This document shows, in pieces, positions 1 to 8,795 of a DNA stretch of 34,571 nt. A model generated the notes under the pieces. It did not search any database. It had not been told where the DNA came from and worked only from the letters and a program-made list of their open reading frames with translations. This stretch comes from Betaproteobacteria bacterium. Its GTDB lineage: Bacteria; Pseudomonadota; Gammaproteobacteria; Burkholderiales; Burkholderiaceae_C. The stretch spans positions 1 through 34,571 of the forward strand of contig RFSP01000001.1 of assembly GCA_009923895.1 (NCBI GenBank), in the 5' to 3' direction. Numbering within the stretch: position 1 is the stretch's first letter; every line of letters begins with the position of its first letter. Both the position numbers and the translations under genes were made by a program.

Positions 1-201
1 AGCACGATCGCCTTGCCCTGTGAGCACCACGGCGCGAATTTGCGGGTCTGCCTCCAGGGCCTTGACCACCGCGTCCAGACTCTGCGCCAATTCCGCGTTG
101 ACCGCATTGCGCGCCTCAGGTCGATTCAGCGTCACCACGGCGACATGCTCGGTGGGACAACGCAGCAAGACCGCCCCTTGATGAATTTCTGTGACTTTCA
201 T
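1..201 (-). CDS. Enoyl-CoA hydratase/isomerase (crotonase) family protein, N-terminal part (runs off window)
   Basis: Own translation from ATG at 201: MKVTEIHQGAVLLRCPTEHVAVVTLNRPEARNAVNAELAQSLDAVVKALEADPQIRAVVLTGQGDRA. VTLNRP..RNA and RAVVLTG are typical crotonase N-terminal motifs. ATGA overlap with the upstream gene's stop. Confidence 0.9.
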   Translation of the reverse strand, partial: MKVTEIHQGAVLLRCPTEHVAVVTLNRPEARNAVNAELAQSLDAVVKALEADPQIRAVVLTGQGDRA

Positions 202-1082
202 GCAGCAAGGTCTCTCAAACTGGCGCACCCGTTTCCCAAGACCTGAACATCACGTTCCAACACCACGGCGCGGAAAGCCCAGTCTCGATCTCCCGTGCGC
301 CACAGGTCCACACGCAAGGTCTCGCCCGGGAACACTGGAGCGGTGAGCCTCGCACGAATCGAAGCCAGTTGCTTGGGATCATCGTCGCAGACTTTGTGCA
401 CCAATCCATAGCATGCCATCCCAAAGGTGGCCAATCCGTGCAAGATGGGACGTGCGAATCCCGCTCGAGCGGCCACGTGGGGATCGACATGCAGAGGATT
501 GAGATCGCCGCTGAGTCGGTAGAGCAAGGCTGCATCGGGGCGAATCGGCCACTCCCACGTCAGATCGGGTGCACTGGTGGGTGTGGCCGGCAAGGGCGAA
601 GCGGGCGGGTCTGTGCGTCCGCCGTCTTTTGAGAATCCGCCATCGCCCCGCAAAAACAGCACCTGCTCGGCCACCGCCACGAGCCTGTCGGTGCTCTCAT
701 CGTGCAAGGACTTCTCGACGTGCATGAGGGCACCCTTGCCCTCGCCCTTGTCCACCAATCGCAGCACACGGCTGCGACCAATTAACGTGCCTGCGCAAGG
801 CAAGGGCTCATGCACCGTGACCGACTGCTCTCCATGGACCAACTTGAGGTAGTCGATGCCCAGATCGGTACGCTCTTTCATCCAAAATCCCGGAGACGCC
901 AAGACCGCAGCCAGGGTGGGCAGGGCTTGAAGATCTTTCTCGTAGGTCAGACGCAATTGAGCCGGATCCAAAGGGTTGCGCCCCACCCCCAACCCCAAGG
1001 CATACAAGATGGTGTCTTTGGCCGTGTAAGAGTGGCGCACGTCGCCGCTGCGCCAAGCCAAGGTTTTTTCGTAGTCGATCAT
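198..1082 (-). CDS. MaoC/MFE-2 hydratase-2-like (R)-enoyl-CoA hydratase (double hot-dog fold)
   Basis: Hydratase-2 motif YRLSGDLNPLHVDP...ILHGLATFG; N-terminal LYALGLG and LVHGEQ. Confidence 0.9.
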   Translation of the reverse strand: MIDYEKTLAWRSGDVRHSYTAKDTILYALGLGVGRNPLDPAQLRLTYEKDLQALPTLAAVLASPGFWMKERTDLGIDYLKLVHGEQSVTVHEPLPCAGTLIGRSRVLRLVDKGEGKGALMHVEKSLHDESTDRLVAVAEQVLFLRGDGGFSKDGGRTDPPASPLPATPTSAPDLTWEWPIRPDAALLYRLSGDLNPLHVDPHVAARAGFARPILHGLATFGMACYGLVHKVCDDDPKQLASIRARLTAPVFPGETLRVDLWRTGDRDWAFRAVVLERDVQVLGNGCASLRDLAA

Positions 1083-1115
1083 GAAAAGTGTGGTGGGCGA
1101 TGGCCATCGCCGCGT

Positions 1116-2123
1116 TCACTCTCCTTTGATATTGGCTTCCTTCACAATCACCCCCCAGCTGGCGTATTCCTCGGCCAGTCGAGCGGCAAATTGCTCCGGC
1201 GTGCTGGGCGTGGCCGCAGCGCCCGCCGACTCGAACTTGGCTTGAACTTCGGGCATGGCCAAGACCTTGGTCACGGCGTCGTTGAGTTTGGCAATGACCT
1301 CTTTGGGTGTGCCTGCAGGGGCCAGCAAGCCAAACCAGACTTCTGCATTGAACCCAGGCAGCGTTTGAGCAATGGGCACCGCACCCGGCGCCAAAGGGGA
1401 CGGTTGCGGTGAAGCAACCCCCAACAATCGCATCTTGCCTTCTTTGATGAAACCATTCATCTGTGATGACGTGGTGCTCAAGAGCAACTTGACTTCACCC
1501 GTCAATACCGCTTGCGCTGTGGGCGCCTGCCCTTTGTAGGGAATGTGGTTCATCTGCAAGCCCGCACGCTTGGCGAACAGTTCGGTGGCCAAATGTCCAA
1601 ACGAAGCCGGGCCTGCCGTGGCGTAATCGACCTTTCCCGGATTGGCCTTGGCCCAGGCGATGAACTGCGGCACAGTCTGCGCAGGCACGGCAGGGTTGAT
1701 GACCATGACCATGGGCTGCAGGGACAGCATTGAAACGGGCGCGAAGTCTTTGAGTGGTGAGAATCCTGCGTCCTTGGTCACATGCGGTGAAATCACCAGT
1801 CCGTTGTTGGGCATGACCAAGGTGTAGCCGTCGGCCGGCGCTCGAGCCACCAGCCGTGTTCCCAGAAGCGCCGAAGCGCCGGGCTTGTTGTCCACCACCA
1901 CCTGCTGGCCCAAAATCTTTTGCATGGGCTCTGCAATCACCCGTGCCAAGACATCGGTGGTGCCCCCGGCCGGATACGGAACGACAATGGTCACTGGCTT
2001 GTTCGGGAAAGATTGCGCGCCCGCACCGAGGACCACACCAGCCAACAAGAGGCCCCAAGCCCACCGAGCCTTCTTGAGCGCGCCAGCGACATGATAAATG
2101 CGGCCAGGAATCTGAATGTGCAT
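1116..2123 (-). CDS. Bug/TctC family tripartite tricarboxylate transporter substrate-binding protein
   Basis: FPNKPVTIVVPYPAGGTTDVLAR, VVVDNKPGA, HIPYKG; signal peptide; AGGAG upstream of ATG 2123. Confidence 0.92.
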   Translation of the reverse strand: MHIQIPGRIYHVAGALKKARWAWGLLLAGVVLGAGAQSFPNKPVTIVVPYPAGGTTDVLARVIAEPMQKILGQQVVVDNKPGASALLGTRLVARAPADGYTLVMPNNGLVISPHVTKDAGFSPLKDFAPVSMLSLQPMVMVINPAVPAQTVPQFIAWAKANPGKVDYATAGPASFGHLATELFAKRAGLQMNHIPYKGQAPTAQAVLTGEVKLLLSTTSSQMNGFIKEGKMRLLGVASPQPSPLAPGAVPIAQTLPGFNAEVWFGLLAPAGTPKEVIAKLNDAVTKVLAMPEVQAKFESAGAAATPSTPEQFAARLAEEYASWGVIVKEANIKGE

Positions 2124-2152
2124 GAGATGTCTCCTGATGTGGTTGGTTGTCT

Positions 2153-3346
2153 TCATGAAGAACGCTTGACGAACAGCGTACCGGCTGCCAACGCCTCTTG
2201 AACGGCAGCTTCATCACAACCGAGTGTACGCAGCAAGTCGGGCCCGTCTGCGCCCAGATCGGGGACCCGGTTACGGGCTTGAGCCACCGTGCGCTGGAAT
2301 CGAAATGCCGGGTTGGTGACTTTGAAAGGGCCCGAGCCATCGTCAATCGACTGCAAGACGTCTCTCTCGACGATGGGGGGTGCTTGCATGGCTTCTTTGA
2401 TCGTGAAATACCTCGAACAGGGCACACCCCCCTGGTTCATGATGGCCTCACATTCTTCGGCACTGCGATCACCGGCCCACTCATCCAGCAGCGCCATCAA
2501 TTCACCCCAGTGGTGCTCACGGGCATGCACATTGGCAAATCGATCGTCGCTCAACCACTCGGGGTGACCCACTGCACGCGCCAAAGCCTCAAAGTTATTT
2601 TGGCTGACAGGTGCAATCAGCAAGAACCCATCGCGGGCCTTGGTGGGCTGATACAGAGGCCGGCGACGCTCCGCAGGAAATTGGGCTTCTTGGCTCTCAT
2701 ACACCAGCAGGCCCAGCATGGCGTCCATCAAGGACACATCCACATGATCGCCCTGCCCTGTGCGGGCTGCCCGGTAAAGAGCCGCCTGAATCGCCCCAAA
2801 AGCAAGCGATCCACCCAACACATCTGCCACAAAGATCCCGTTCTTCAAGGGCCTCTCAATGCCGTCTTGATAGTGCAAATTGGCCAGATCAAAGCCGCTG
2901 GCCGCATGCAGCACCGGCGCGTAGGCGCTACGTCCTGCCCAAGAGCCTGTCTGTCCAAATCCGGAAATCGAGCAATACACCAACTTGGGCTGCAGTGCCG
3001 CCAAGGTGTCATAGTCCAGCCCCAGGCGTTTCATCACGCCGGGTCTGAAGTTCTCGACCACCACGTCGGCGGTGCTGACCAATTGTTTGATCAATGCAAT
3101 CGCCTGCGGCTTCTTCAGGTCCAACGCCAAGCTCTTCTTTCCACAATTCAACTGCGCAAAGTAAGTGCTGCGACCTTTGCGGCTTGGCGGTCGAGAGCGA
3201 ATGTGGTCGCCCGTGGGTGACTCAATCTTGATGACTTCGGCCCCCAAATCTGCCAGCAGCCGAGTGGCGTAGGGACCGGACATCATGGTGGTGAAGTCCA
3301 GGACTCGCACGCCATCGAGCGCGCCCGGACGTTGAGGCGTATTCAT
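2153..3346 (-). CDS. Family III CoA-transferase (CaiB/BaiF)
   Basis: LDGVRVLDF..MSGPYATRLLADLGAEVIKIE, VVENFRPG, SISGFGQTG, catalytic-Asp region FVADVLGG; start trimmed to MNTPQRPG. Confidence 0.93.
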   Translation of the reverse strand: MNTPQRPGALDGVRVLDFTTMMSGPYATRLLADLGAEVIKIESPTGDHIRSRPPSRKGRSTYFAQLNCGKKSLALDLKKPQAIALIKQLVSTADVVVENFRPGVMKRLGLDYDTLAALQPKLVYCSISGFGQTGSWAGRSAYAPVLHAASGFDLANLHYQDGIERPLKNGIFVADVLGGSLAFGAIQAALYRAARTGQGDHVDVSLMDAMLGLLVYESQEAQFPAERRRPLYQPTKARDGFLLIAPVSQNNFEALARAVGHPEWLSDDRFANVHAREHHWGELMALLDEWAGDRSAEECEAIMNQGGVPCSRYFTIKEAMQAPPIVERDVLQSIDDGSGPFKVTNPAFRFQRTVAQARNRVPDLGADGPDLLRTLGCDEAAVQEALAAGTLFVKRSS

Positions 3347-3356
3347 GCGGTCGGGC

Positions 3357-4244
3357 TCAAACCAAAGTGGATTCAGACACGGCCAGGCTGGCCAATTGGC
3401 CGCCGCCCAGAGCGTCCAGATAGTCTGTCTGGGTGGGTGCCCCATGGACATACTTTTGCAGATAGGCCGCAAAACCCGACTCGGTGGCACTGGCTTTGAC
3501 GTATTCAGCCAAATGACGCTCATCCGATCGATAAGCCGTCGGCGATGCCGTGGGGTGTGCCCCCCACGGCACCTCCACCACCGCATCCACCATGGCCGCT
3601 GGCAATTTGGTGAGATGGTTTTGTCGGCGTATGGTGTCCGTAGAGACGATGCGATCGACCTGCACGATCACGCGCTTTGACGCCTGCGCCAGCATCGCAT
3701 CAAAGAAAGGCGAGGCCAAATGTTGCACATTGCCGAATTCGTCTGCCTGTTGGGCGTGGATGAAACACACGTCCGGCCGGATGGCTTTGGCCGCCAACAT
3801 CTTGCGCTCGCCCGCCACGGCCGGGATTTCAAGATAGTAGTCAGGCGCATGTTTGGGCAGATCGGTGCCCAGGTCCGGTATGGGGTTCCAAGGCAAGTCG
3901 CAGATGGCGGCTCGCAAGCCACCGGCGATGGCGGGGCCGTCGAGGTCGACCACCTCCAGCGTGCCCGCTTCTGCCCTGCGGCGGAAATGGGGTGCCAGGC
4001 CAAATTGCTCAAAGCTGATGAACACACACGCAGTACGCCGCACGCACCCCGCGCCGATGAGCATGTCTGGCGCGATGGAGCTGGGTGCCGGAATGAGATC
4101 CAGATTGCGCGCGCCCTTGCGAATGAGCGCCCGCACCAGGGCCATGGGCTGGGCATTGAAGATCCAGCCCCCCAACCCCAGAGAAGCACCGTCCGGCACA
4201 CTGGCCACGGCCTCCTCAATGGAAACAATTTTGTTGTGACTCAT
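3357..4244 (-). CDS. Class I CoA-transferase-like subunit A (GctA/IpdA-like)
   Basis: KIVSIEEAV, LGLGGW...PMALVRALIR, PDVCFIHAQQADEFGN, VDAVVEVPWGAHPT. Confidence 0.85.
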   Translation of the reverse strand: MSHNKIVSIEEAVASVPDGASLGLGGWIFNAQPMALVRALIRKGARNLDLIPAPSSIAPDMLIGAGCVRRTACVFISFEQFGLAPHFRRRAEAGTLEVVDLDGPAIAGGLRAAICDLPWNPIPDLGTDLPKHAPDYYLEIPAVAGERKMLAAKAIRPDVCFIHAQQADEFGNVQHLASPFFDAMLAQASKRVIVQVDRIVSTDTIRRQNHLTKLPAAMVDAVVEVPWGAHPTASPTAYRSDERHLAEYVKASATESGFAAYLQKYVHGAPTQTDYLDALGGGQLASLAVSESTLV

Positions 4245-4258
4245 GGGGCTCGATCCTG

Positions 4259-5071
4259 TCAGGGAAACTTGCGTTGCAAGGTGCCGCGTACATCCACCCG
4301 CGTGCGCAAGAGATTCAATTCTTGTTCGGTGGGCCACATCGTCACGGGGGGTGTGCCCTTCACCAACAGATCAAACCCTGTGGCGTCTTGCACCTGTTGC
4401 AGACTCACCCCGGGGTGCAAAGACCGAATCCGCATGGCTTTGCTCTGAGGCTCAAAGTCAAACACACCCAAGGGCGAGACGACGAGCTTGGGTCCCCCGG
4501 GGGGCAGGCCCGCCCGCTCTCTCGAGTCGCCCCCTTGCAAGTGACCCGCGCCGCAGATGAAGTCCACCCGCGGACGAAACGCACTCTTGTCATGCCGTGT
4601 CAGCACCACATAGAAGCGCTTGGCCAGTCCGCACAGCGCACTGATGCCGACCGTTCCAGGTCCACGCACCTTCGGTCGCGCACGATCACCCACCACCACA
4701 GTATTGATGTTGCCAAAGCGGTCCACCTGGAGCGCCGACAAAATGGCGAAATCAAAGAAGTGGATCTTCCAGTCGATGAAGTCGATCATGTTGGGAAGAT
4801 CCATCCATGACTCTGACGACTCGATGTTTTCAAAGTCCGCCGTGGACAACAAGTGATCGCGCTGCGGGTTGACCATGCCCCCGGGCCCTGAGACCCACCA
4901 AAGGCGAGGGGCCTGCATTTGGCGGGCCAAATTGCAAGCCGCCAATTGGATGTCGGAGTTGGTGCCGATGATGACTTTTTCACCATCGGCCATGTCGCGC
5001 GCCAACAAGACCGCCAAAGTCTCTCCGAGAGCAGGGGCCGAGGCTGCGGGTGCGATATTTGGTTGAACCAT
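4259..5071 (-). CDS. Class I CoA-transferase-like subunit B (GctB/IpdB-like), apparently lacking the catalytic Glu
   Basis: QVDRFGNINT, F..RVDFI, GPKLVVSPLGVFDF, SLHPGVS..QVQDATGF. The position of GctB 'IIVESG' reads 'WWVSGPG'. Confidence 0.85.
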   Translation of the reverse strand: MVQPNIAPAASAPALGETLAVLLARDMADGEKVIIGTNSDIQLAACNLARQMQAPRLWWVSGPGGMVNPQRDHLLSTADFENIESSESWMDLPNMIDFIDWKIHFFDFAILSALQVDRFGNINTVVVGDRARPKVRGPGTVGISALCGLAKRFYVVLTRHDKSAFRPRVDFICGAGHLQGGDSRERAGLPPGGPKLVVSPLGVFDFEPQSKAMRIRSLHPGVSLQQVQDATGFDLLVKGTPPVTMWPTEQELNLLRTRVDVRGTLQRKFP

Positions 5072-5072
5072 T
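5058..5072. promoter_or_regulatory. Candidate FadR-subfamily operator (TGGT-N3-ACCA)
   Basis: TTTGGTTGAACCATT with palindromic core TGGTTGAACCA (5060-5070). It resembles PdhR/LldR-type boxes and lies next to a FadR-type regulator gene. Confidence 0.55.
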
Positions 5073-5077
5073 GGGCA

Positions 5078-5107
5078 ATGGTACGCGTTGCCCCCCGACC
5101 CTGTCAA
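5078..5107 (-). promoter_or_regulatory. Sigma70-type promoter for the CoA-transferase operon (probably leaderless)
   Basis: Minus strand TTGACA (5107-5102), 18-nt spacer, TACCAT (5083-5078), 6 nt, then ATG 5071; no Shine-Dalgarno. Confidence 0.65.
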
Positions 5108-5136
5108 CCCGGTCGGACTCGCAGTTGCGGCCGCTG

Positions 5137-6012
5137 TCAGGCCTTGGCCAACGCGCTGGACTTGGCGCGGGCTCTGGGCCGGGTCCCAGACGCCCCCCTG
5201 ACTGGTGCTTTGGCCTTTTTCGACGCGGCCAGCTCGCTCTCCACCATGGACAGGTAGCTGCGCTGCAGCCGCTTGAGGCTGCTTTCCATTTCAGCCACAG
5301 CACCTTCCACATCACCCGCTTCCATGTGCTTCATGAAGCGACGCCGAGAAGGCAACACATAGGCATTTTGGTAGTCGCCGATGGAGCGAACAAACATCAG
5401 CAACACCGACAACACGCCATCCATCACGATCACCATGATGGGATTGCCCGTCATGCGGGCCAGGATGCGGTGAAAGTTCAAATGCTGCTCAACGCGGCTG
5501 TCAAAGTCGCCCCGCTCAAACGCCGCCTGCGCTTCGTCGATGTTGCGGTGGAGTTCCGCCAAATCTTCGGCGGTGGCCCGGCGGCAAGCCTCACGCACGA
5601 TGATGGACTCCAGCCAAATTCGCGCCTCTGTCAGCTGCGCGGGGTGAATGGAGCCCACACGATACAAATCCAACAAGCCGTTGACGATGGCCTCGCCGCT
5701 TCGCTCACTGATGAAGGCCCCACCGCTGGCGCCTTTTTGCAGCCGAATCAGCCCGGCATGCTCCAATGACCGCAGGGCCTCTCGCAAAGTGTTGCGCGAA
5801 ACGCCAAATTGCTCCGACAGCGCACGCTCCGAAGGCAGGCGGCTGCCCACTTTGAGGCGGCCTGCGGCCAATTCATTGCGGATCTGCGCGGCGATCTCTT
5901 CAAACGCCCGTGCCGAGCGGATGGCCTGAAATCCGACCGAAGCCGACCGAGACTCAGCGCCCACAGACCGTTCAGGGGTGCGCAGCAACGTGCGCGTTGT
6001 GCGTTCAGCCAC
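5137..6012 (-). CDS. GntR family, FadR subfamily transcriptional regulator (HTH + FCD)
   Basis: RLPSERALSEQFGVSRNTLREALRSLE HTH; FCD motif FHRILARMTGNP; AAGGAG before the GTG start. Confidence 0.93.
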   Translation of the reverse strand: MAERTTRTLLRTPERSVGAESRSASVGFQAIRSARAFEEIAAQIRNELAAGRLKVGSRLPSERALSEQFGVSRNTLREALRSLEHAGLIRLQKGASGGAFISERSGEAIVNGLLDLYRVGSIHPAQLTEARIWLESIIVREACRRATAEDLAELHRNIDEAQAAFERGDFDSRVEQHLNFHRILARMTGNPIMVIVMDGVLSVLLMFVRSIGDYQNAYVLPSRRRFMKHMEAGDVEGAVAEMESSLKRLQRSYLSMVESELAASKKAKAPVRGASGTRPRARAKSSALAKA

Positions 6013-6082
6013 CGGAGTGCTCCTTCAATCCCATGATGCACAAGAGGGTGACCCAGATGATACGCCTGCGACAATACGGTCC

Positions 6083-6835
6083 ATGCTCCACCATCCAGAC
6101 CGCGTCATTCCCCTCTCCGGAGCCACCAACTTTCGTGACCTGGGTGGCTACAGCGGCCTCCAAGGGCGCCGTGTTCGTTGGCGGCGATTGTTTCGCTCCG
6201 ATCATTTGGCCGGTCTGAAGTCCGATGACCATGACACCCTCTATCGCCTGGGTCTGAAACGGGCCTTCGACTTTCGAGGCGTGAGCGAAAGGGCGCAAGC
6301 GGCCTATGAGGTGCCGGGTCTCTCACAGGTCTCTTTGGCCATCGAGCCTGCCGTGGTTCAAAAAATGCAGGACGTGGCGGCGGCCGGGAAGACGCTGACA
6401 GGACCGGTGGTGACCGAGTTGATGAAAGACCTCTACCGAGGTCTCGCCGCAGAACGCATGACCGCCTTTGCGCAACTGTTTGAGCATCTGCTGGCGGTCG
6501 ATGAGCCGGCCGTCTTCCATTGCACAGCCGGCAAAGACCGAACCGGATTTGCCGCCGCTTTGATCTTGGAGGCCTTGGGCGTGTCCCGCGAGGACATCAT
6601 GCAAGACTACCTGCTGACCAACACCTTGTACCGCCACCCCATCCCGGCAGAATCAAAAACGCCGGCAGAGGCCTTGGCCGTGCTGTGGACCGTGCAGCCC
6701 GGGTTTTTGCAAGCGGCGTGGGACACGATCGACCGCGCTCACGGCGGATTTGACAACTTCCTGCACCGCCATTTGGGCGTGAGCCCCAGTGCGCGCGAAC
6801 TGCTTCTACAGAGGTATCTGGACCCCCTCGCTTAG
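6083..6835 (+). CDS. Protein tyrosine/serine phosphatase, PtpB/IphP-like
   Basis: GATNFRDLGGY, LFRSD, DFRG..E, P-loop FHCTAGKDRTG, IMQDYLLTN. Confidence 0.9.
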   Translation: MLHHPDRVIPLSGATNFRDLGGYSGLQGRRVRWRRLFRSDHLAGLKSDDHDTLYRLGLKRAFDFRGVSERAQAAYEVPGLSQVSLAIEPAVVQKMQDVAAAGKTLTGPVVTELMKDLYRGLAAERMTAFAQLFEHLLAVDEPAVFHCTAGKDRTGFAAALILEALGVSREDIMQDYLLTNTLYRHPIPAESKTPAEALAVLWTVQPGFLQAAWDTIDRAHGGFDNFLHRHLGVSPSARELLLQRYLDPLA

Positions 6836-6843
6836 CGGCTCGG

Positions 6844-7029
6844 CTAGAGCAGCAGGGCCAGTCGCTCCAGGATGAGCACCGCAAAAAAGCCCAGGGCAGC
6901 GATGACCGTCCATTTGATGACAATGAATCCCCACTGGCGCCACTGAGGGGCACCGGTGGAGACATACATGGCAAAACACAGCACCCCTGCCACCATCAAC
7001 AAGCCAAATACCAAGCGCAGTAGCAACAT
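6844..7029 (-). CDS. Small hypothetical inner-membrane protein (61 aa, two hydrophobic helices)
   Basis: Fills the gap 15 nt downstream of lpxC on the same strand; two TM-like segments separated by TGAPQWRQWG. Confidence 0.7.
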   Translation of the reverse strand: MLLLRLVFGLLMVAGVLCFAMYVSTGAPQWRQWGFIVIKWTVIAALGFFAVLILERLALLL

Positions 7030-7044
7030 GGGCAGGGGGCCAGG

Positions 7045-7980
7045 CTACCAGGCCGGCGCAAGCTCAGCCAGCCCCGGTGGGGCCAGCGTCTCGTCTTCGA
7101 AGGTCGTCACTTCGTAGGCGGATTCGTCGGACAGCAGCTTTCTCAAAAGCTGGTTGTTGAGGGCATGTCCACTCTTGAACGCCGTGTAATGCGCCAGCAT
7201 GGGTTTGCCCGCGATGTGCAAATCTCCAATGGCATCCAGGATCTTGTGCTTCACAAACTCGTCGTCGTAGCGCAGGCCTTCGCTGTTGAGCACCCGATGC
7301 TCATCGACCACGATGACGTTGTCCATGCTGCCGCCCAACCCCAGCCCGCGTGCACGCATCATTTCCACGTCTCGCGTAAAGCCAAAGGTTCGTGCGCGGG
7401 CAATGTCACGCTTGTAGCGCCCTGACCCCATGTCAAAGGTCACTCGCTGACCTGTGGCGTTGAGCGCGGGGTGGTTGAACTCAATTTCAAAGGTCAAGAC
7501 ATAGCCGTCGTGGGGCTCCAACCGCGCCCACTTTAGCGAGGGGCCCTCGCCTTCGCGGACCTCCACGGTCTTTTTGACGCGCAAAAACCGCTTGGGTGCT
7601 TTTTGCAATTCAATGCCTGCGCTTTGCAGCAAAAATACAAAGCTGGAGGCGGATCCATCAAGAATCGGAACCTCTTCGGCCGTGATGTCGATGATGAGGT
7701 TGTCAATGCCCAAGCCGGCACACGCAGACATCAGGTGCTCAATGGTCTGCACCTTGGGCGCATCGGGATCCCCCTGCGGGCTGATGGTCGAGGCCATTCG
7801 TGTGTCGCTGACCGCGGTGGCCTGCACAGGAATGTCCACCGCACTGGGCAGGTCCACGCGACGAAAAGTGATGCCGCTGTCGGGCGGCGCGGGGCGCAAG
7901 GTGAGCTCCACCTTTTGTCCGCTGTGCACGCCCACACCCACAGCACGGGTCAGGCTTTTGATGGTGCGCTGCGCAATCAT
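7045..7980 (-). CDS. lpxC: UDP-3-O-acyl-N-acetylglucosamine deacetylase
   Basis: [52 protein letters not shown]. Confidence 0.98.
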   Translation of the reverse strand: MIAQRTIKSLTRAVGVGVHSGQKVELTLRPAPPDSGITFRRVDLPSAVDIPVQATAVSDTRMASTISPQGDPDAPKVQTIEHLMSACAGLGIDNLIIDITAEEVPILDGSASSFVFLLQSAGIELQKAPKRFLRVKKTVEVREGEGPSLKWARLEPHDGYVLTFEIEFNHPALNATGQRVTFDMGSGRYKRDIARARTFGFTRDVEMMRARGLGLGGSMDNVIVVDEHRVLNSEGLRYDDEFVKHKILDAIGDLHIAGKPMLAHYTAFKSGHALNNQLLRKLLSDESAYEVTTFEDETLAPPGLAELAPAW

Positions 7981-7984
7981 GGCG

Positions 7985-8779
7985 CTATTGTCCTCGATCC
8001 AGATCCCACTGGCTGGGATGCCATCCGCCCAACGCCCACTTGGCCAAGGCCGACGTGGTCAAAAAGAGCAGGACACCCGTGACCGCAATCAGGGTCAGGG
8101 CCGCAAACATGCGGGGAATGTTCAATTGGTATCCCGACTGCAGAATCTGGTAGGCCAGGCCCGTGCCCGCCCCTCCAGCACCCGCCACGAATTCCGCCAC
8201 GATGGCCCCAATGAGCGACAGTCCAGCACTGATGCGCAAGCCGCCAAAGAAATAGGGCAATGCCGACGGAATGCGCAAGCGCCACAGCACCTGCCAGCGG
8301 GAGGCCCGCTGCAGACGGAAATAGTTCATCAACCCCACGTCCACACTGCGCAAGCCCAAGGTGGAGTTGGAAATCACGGGAAATATGGCGGCCAGGGTGG
8401 CACACCACACCAGTGCCCAGGTGGTGTCCTTCACCCAAATGATCACCAAAGGCGCCACGGACACGATGGGGGTGACTTGCAACAACACGGCATACGGGAA
8501 GAACGCCCGCTCCAGCCAGCGGCTTTGCACAAAGGCCAGCGACACGCCCACGCCCAACACCGTGGCCACGGCCATGGCCAGCAAGGTGATGTGCAGGGTA
8601 TTGCGCCAAGCAGCCACCAAGATCGGCCAGTCCTGCACCAAAGCCTCCACCACGCGTTCGGGAGAAGGCACGAGATAGACGGGAATCTCCCACGCCAAGA
8701 CGGCGGCTTGCCACAGGCCCAGCAAAGCCATCCCCACCAGCACCGATGGGCCCACACGGCGTGCGAGGTTCATGACCAT
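7985..8779 (-). CDS. ABC transporter permease, NitT/TauT family
   Basis: [47 protein letters not shown]. Confidence 0.92.
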   Translation of the reverse strand: MVMNLARRVGPSVLVGMALLGLWQAAVLAWEIPVYLVPSPERVVEALVQDWPILVAAWRNTLHITLLAMAVATVLGVGVSLAFVQSRWLERAFFPYAVLLQVTPIVSVAPLVIIWVKDTTWALVWCATLAAIFPVISNSTLGLRSVDVGLMNYFRLQRASRWQVLWRLRIPSALPYFFGGLRISAGLSLIGAIVAEFVAGAGGAGTGLAYQILQSGYQLNIPRMFAALTLIAVTGVLLFLTTSALAKWALGGWHPSQWDLDRGQ

Positions 8780-8795
8780 GGTCCAGCGAGGCCGT

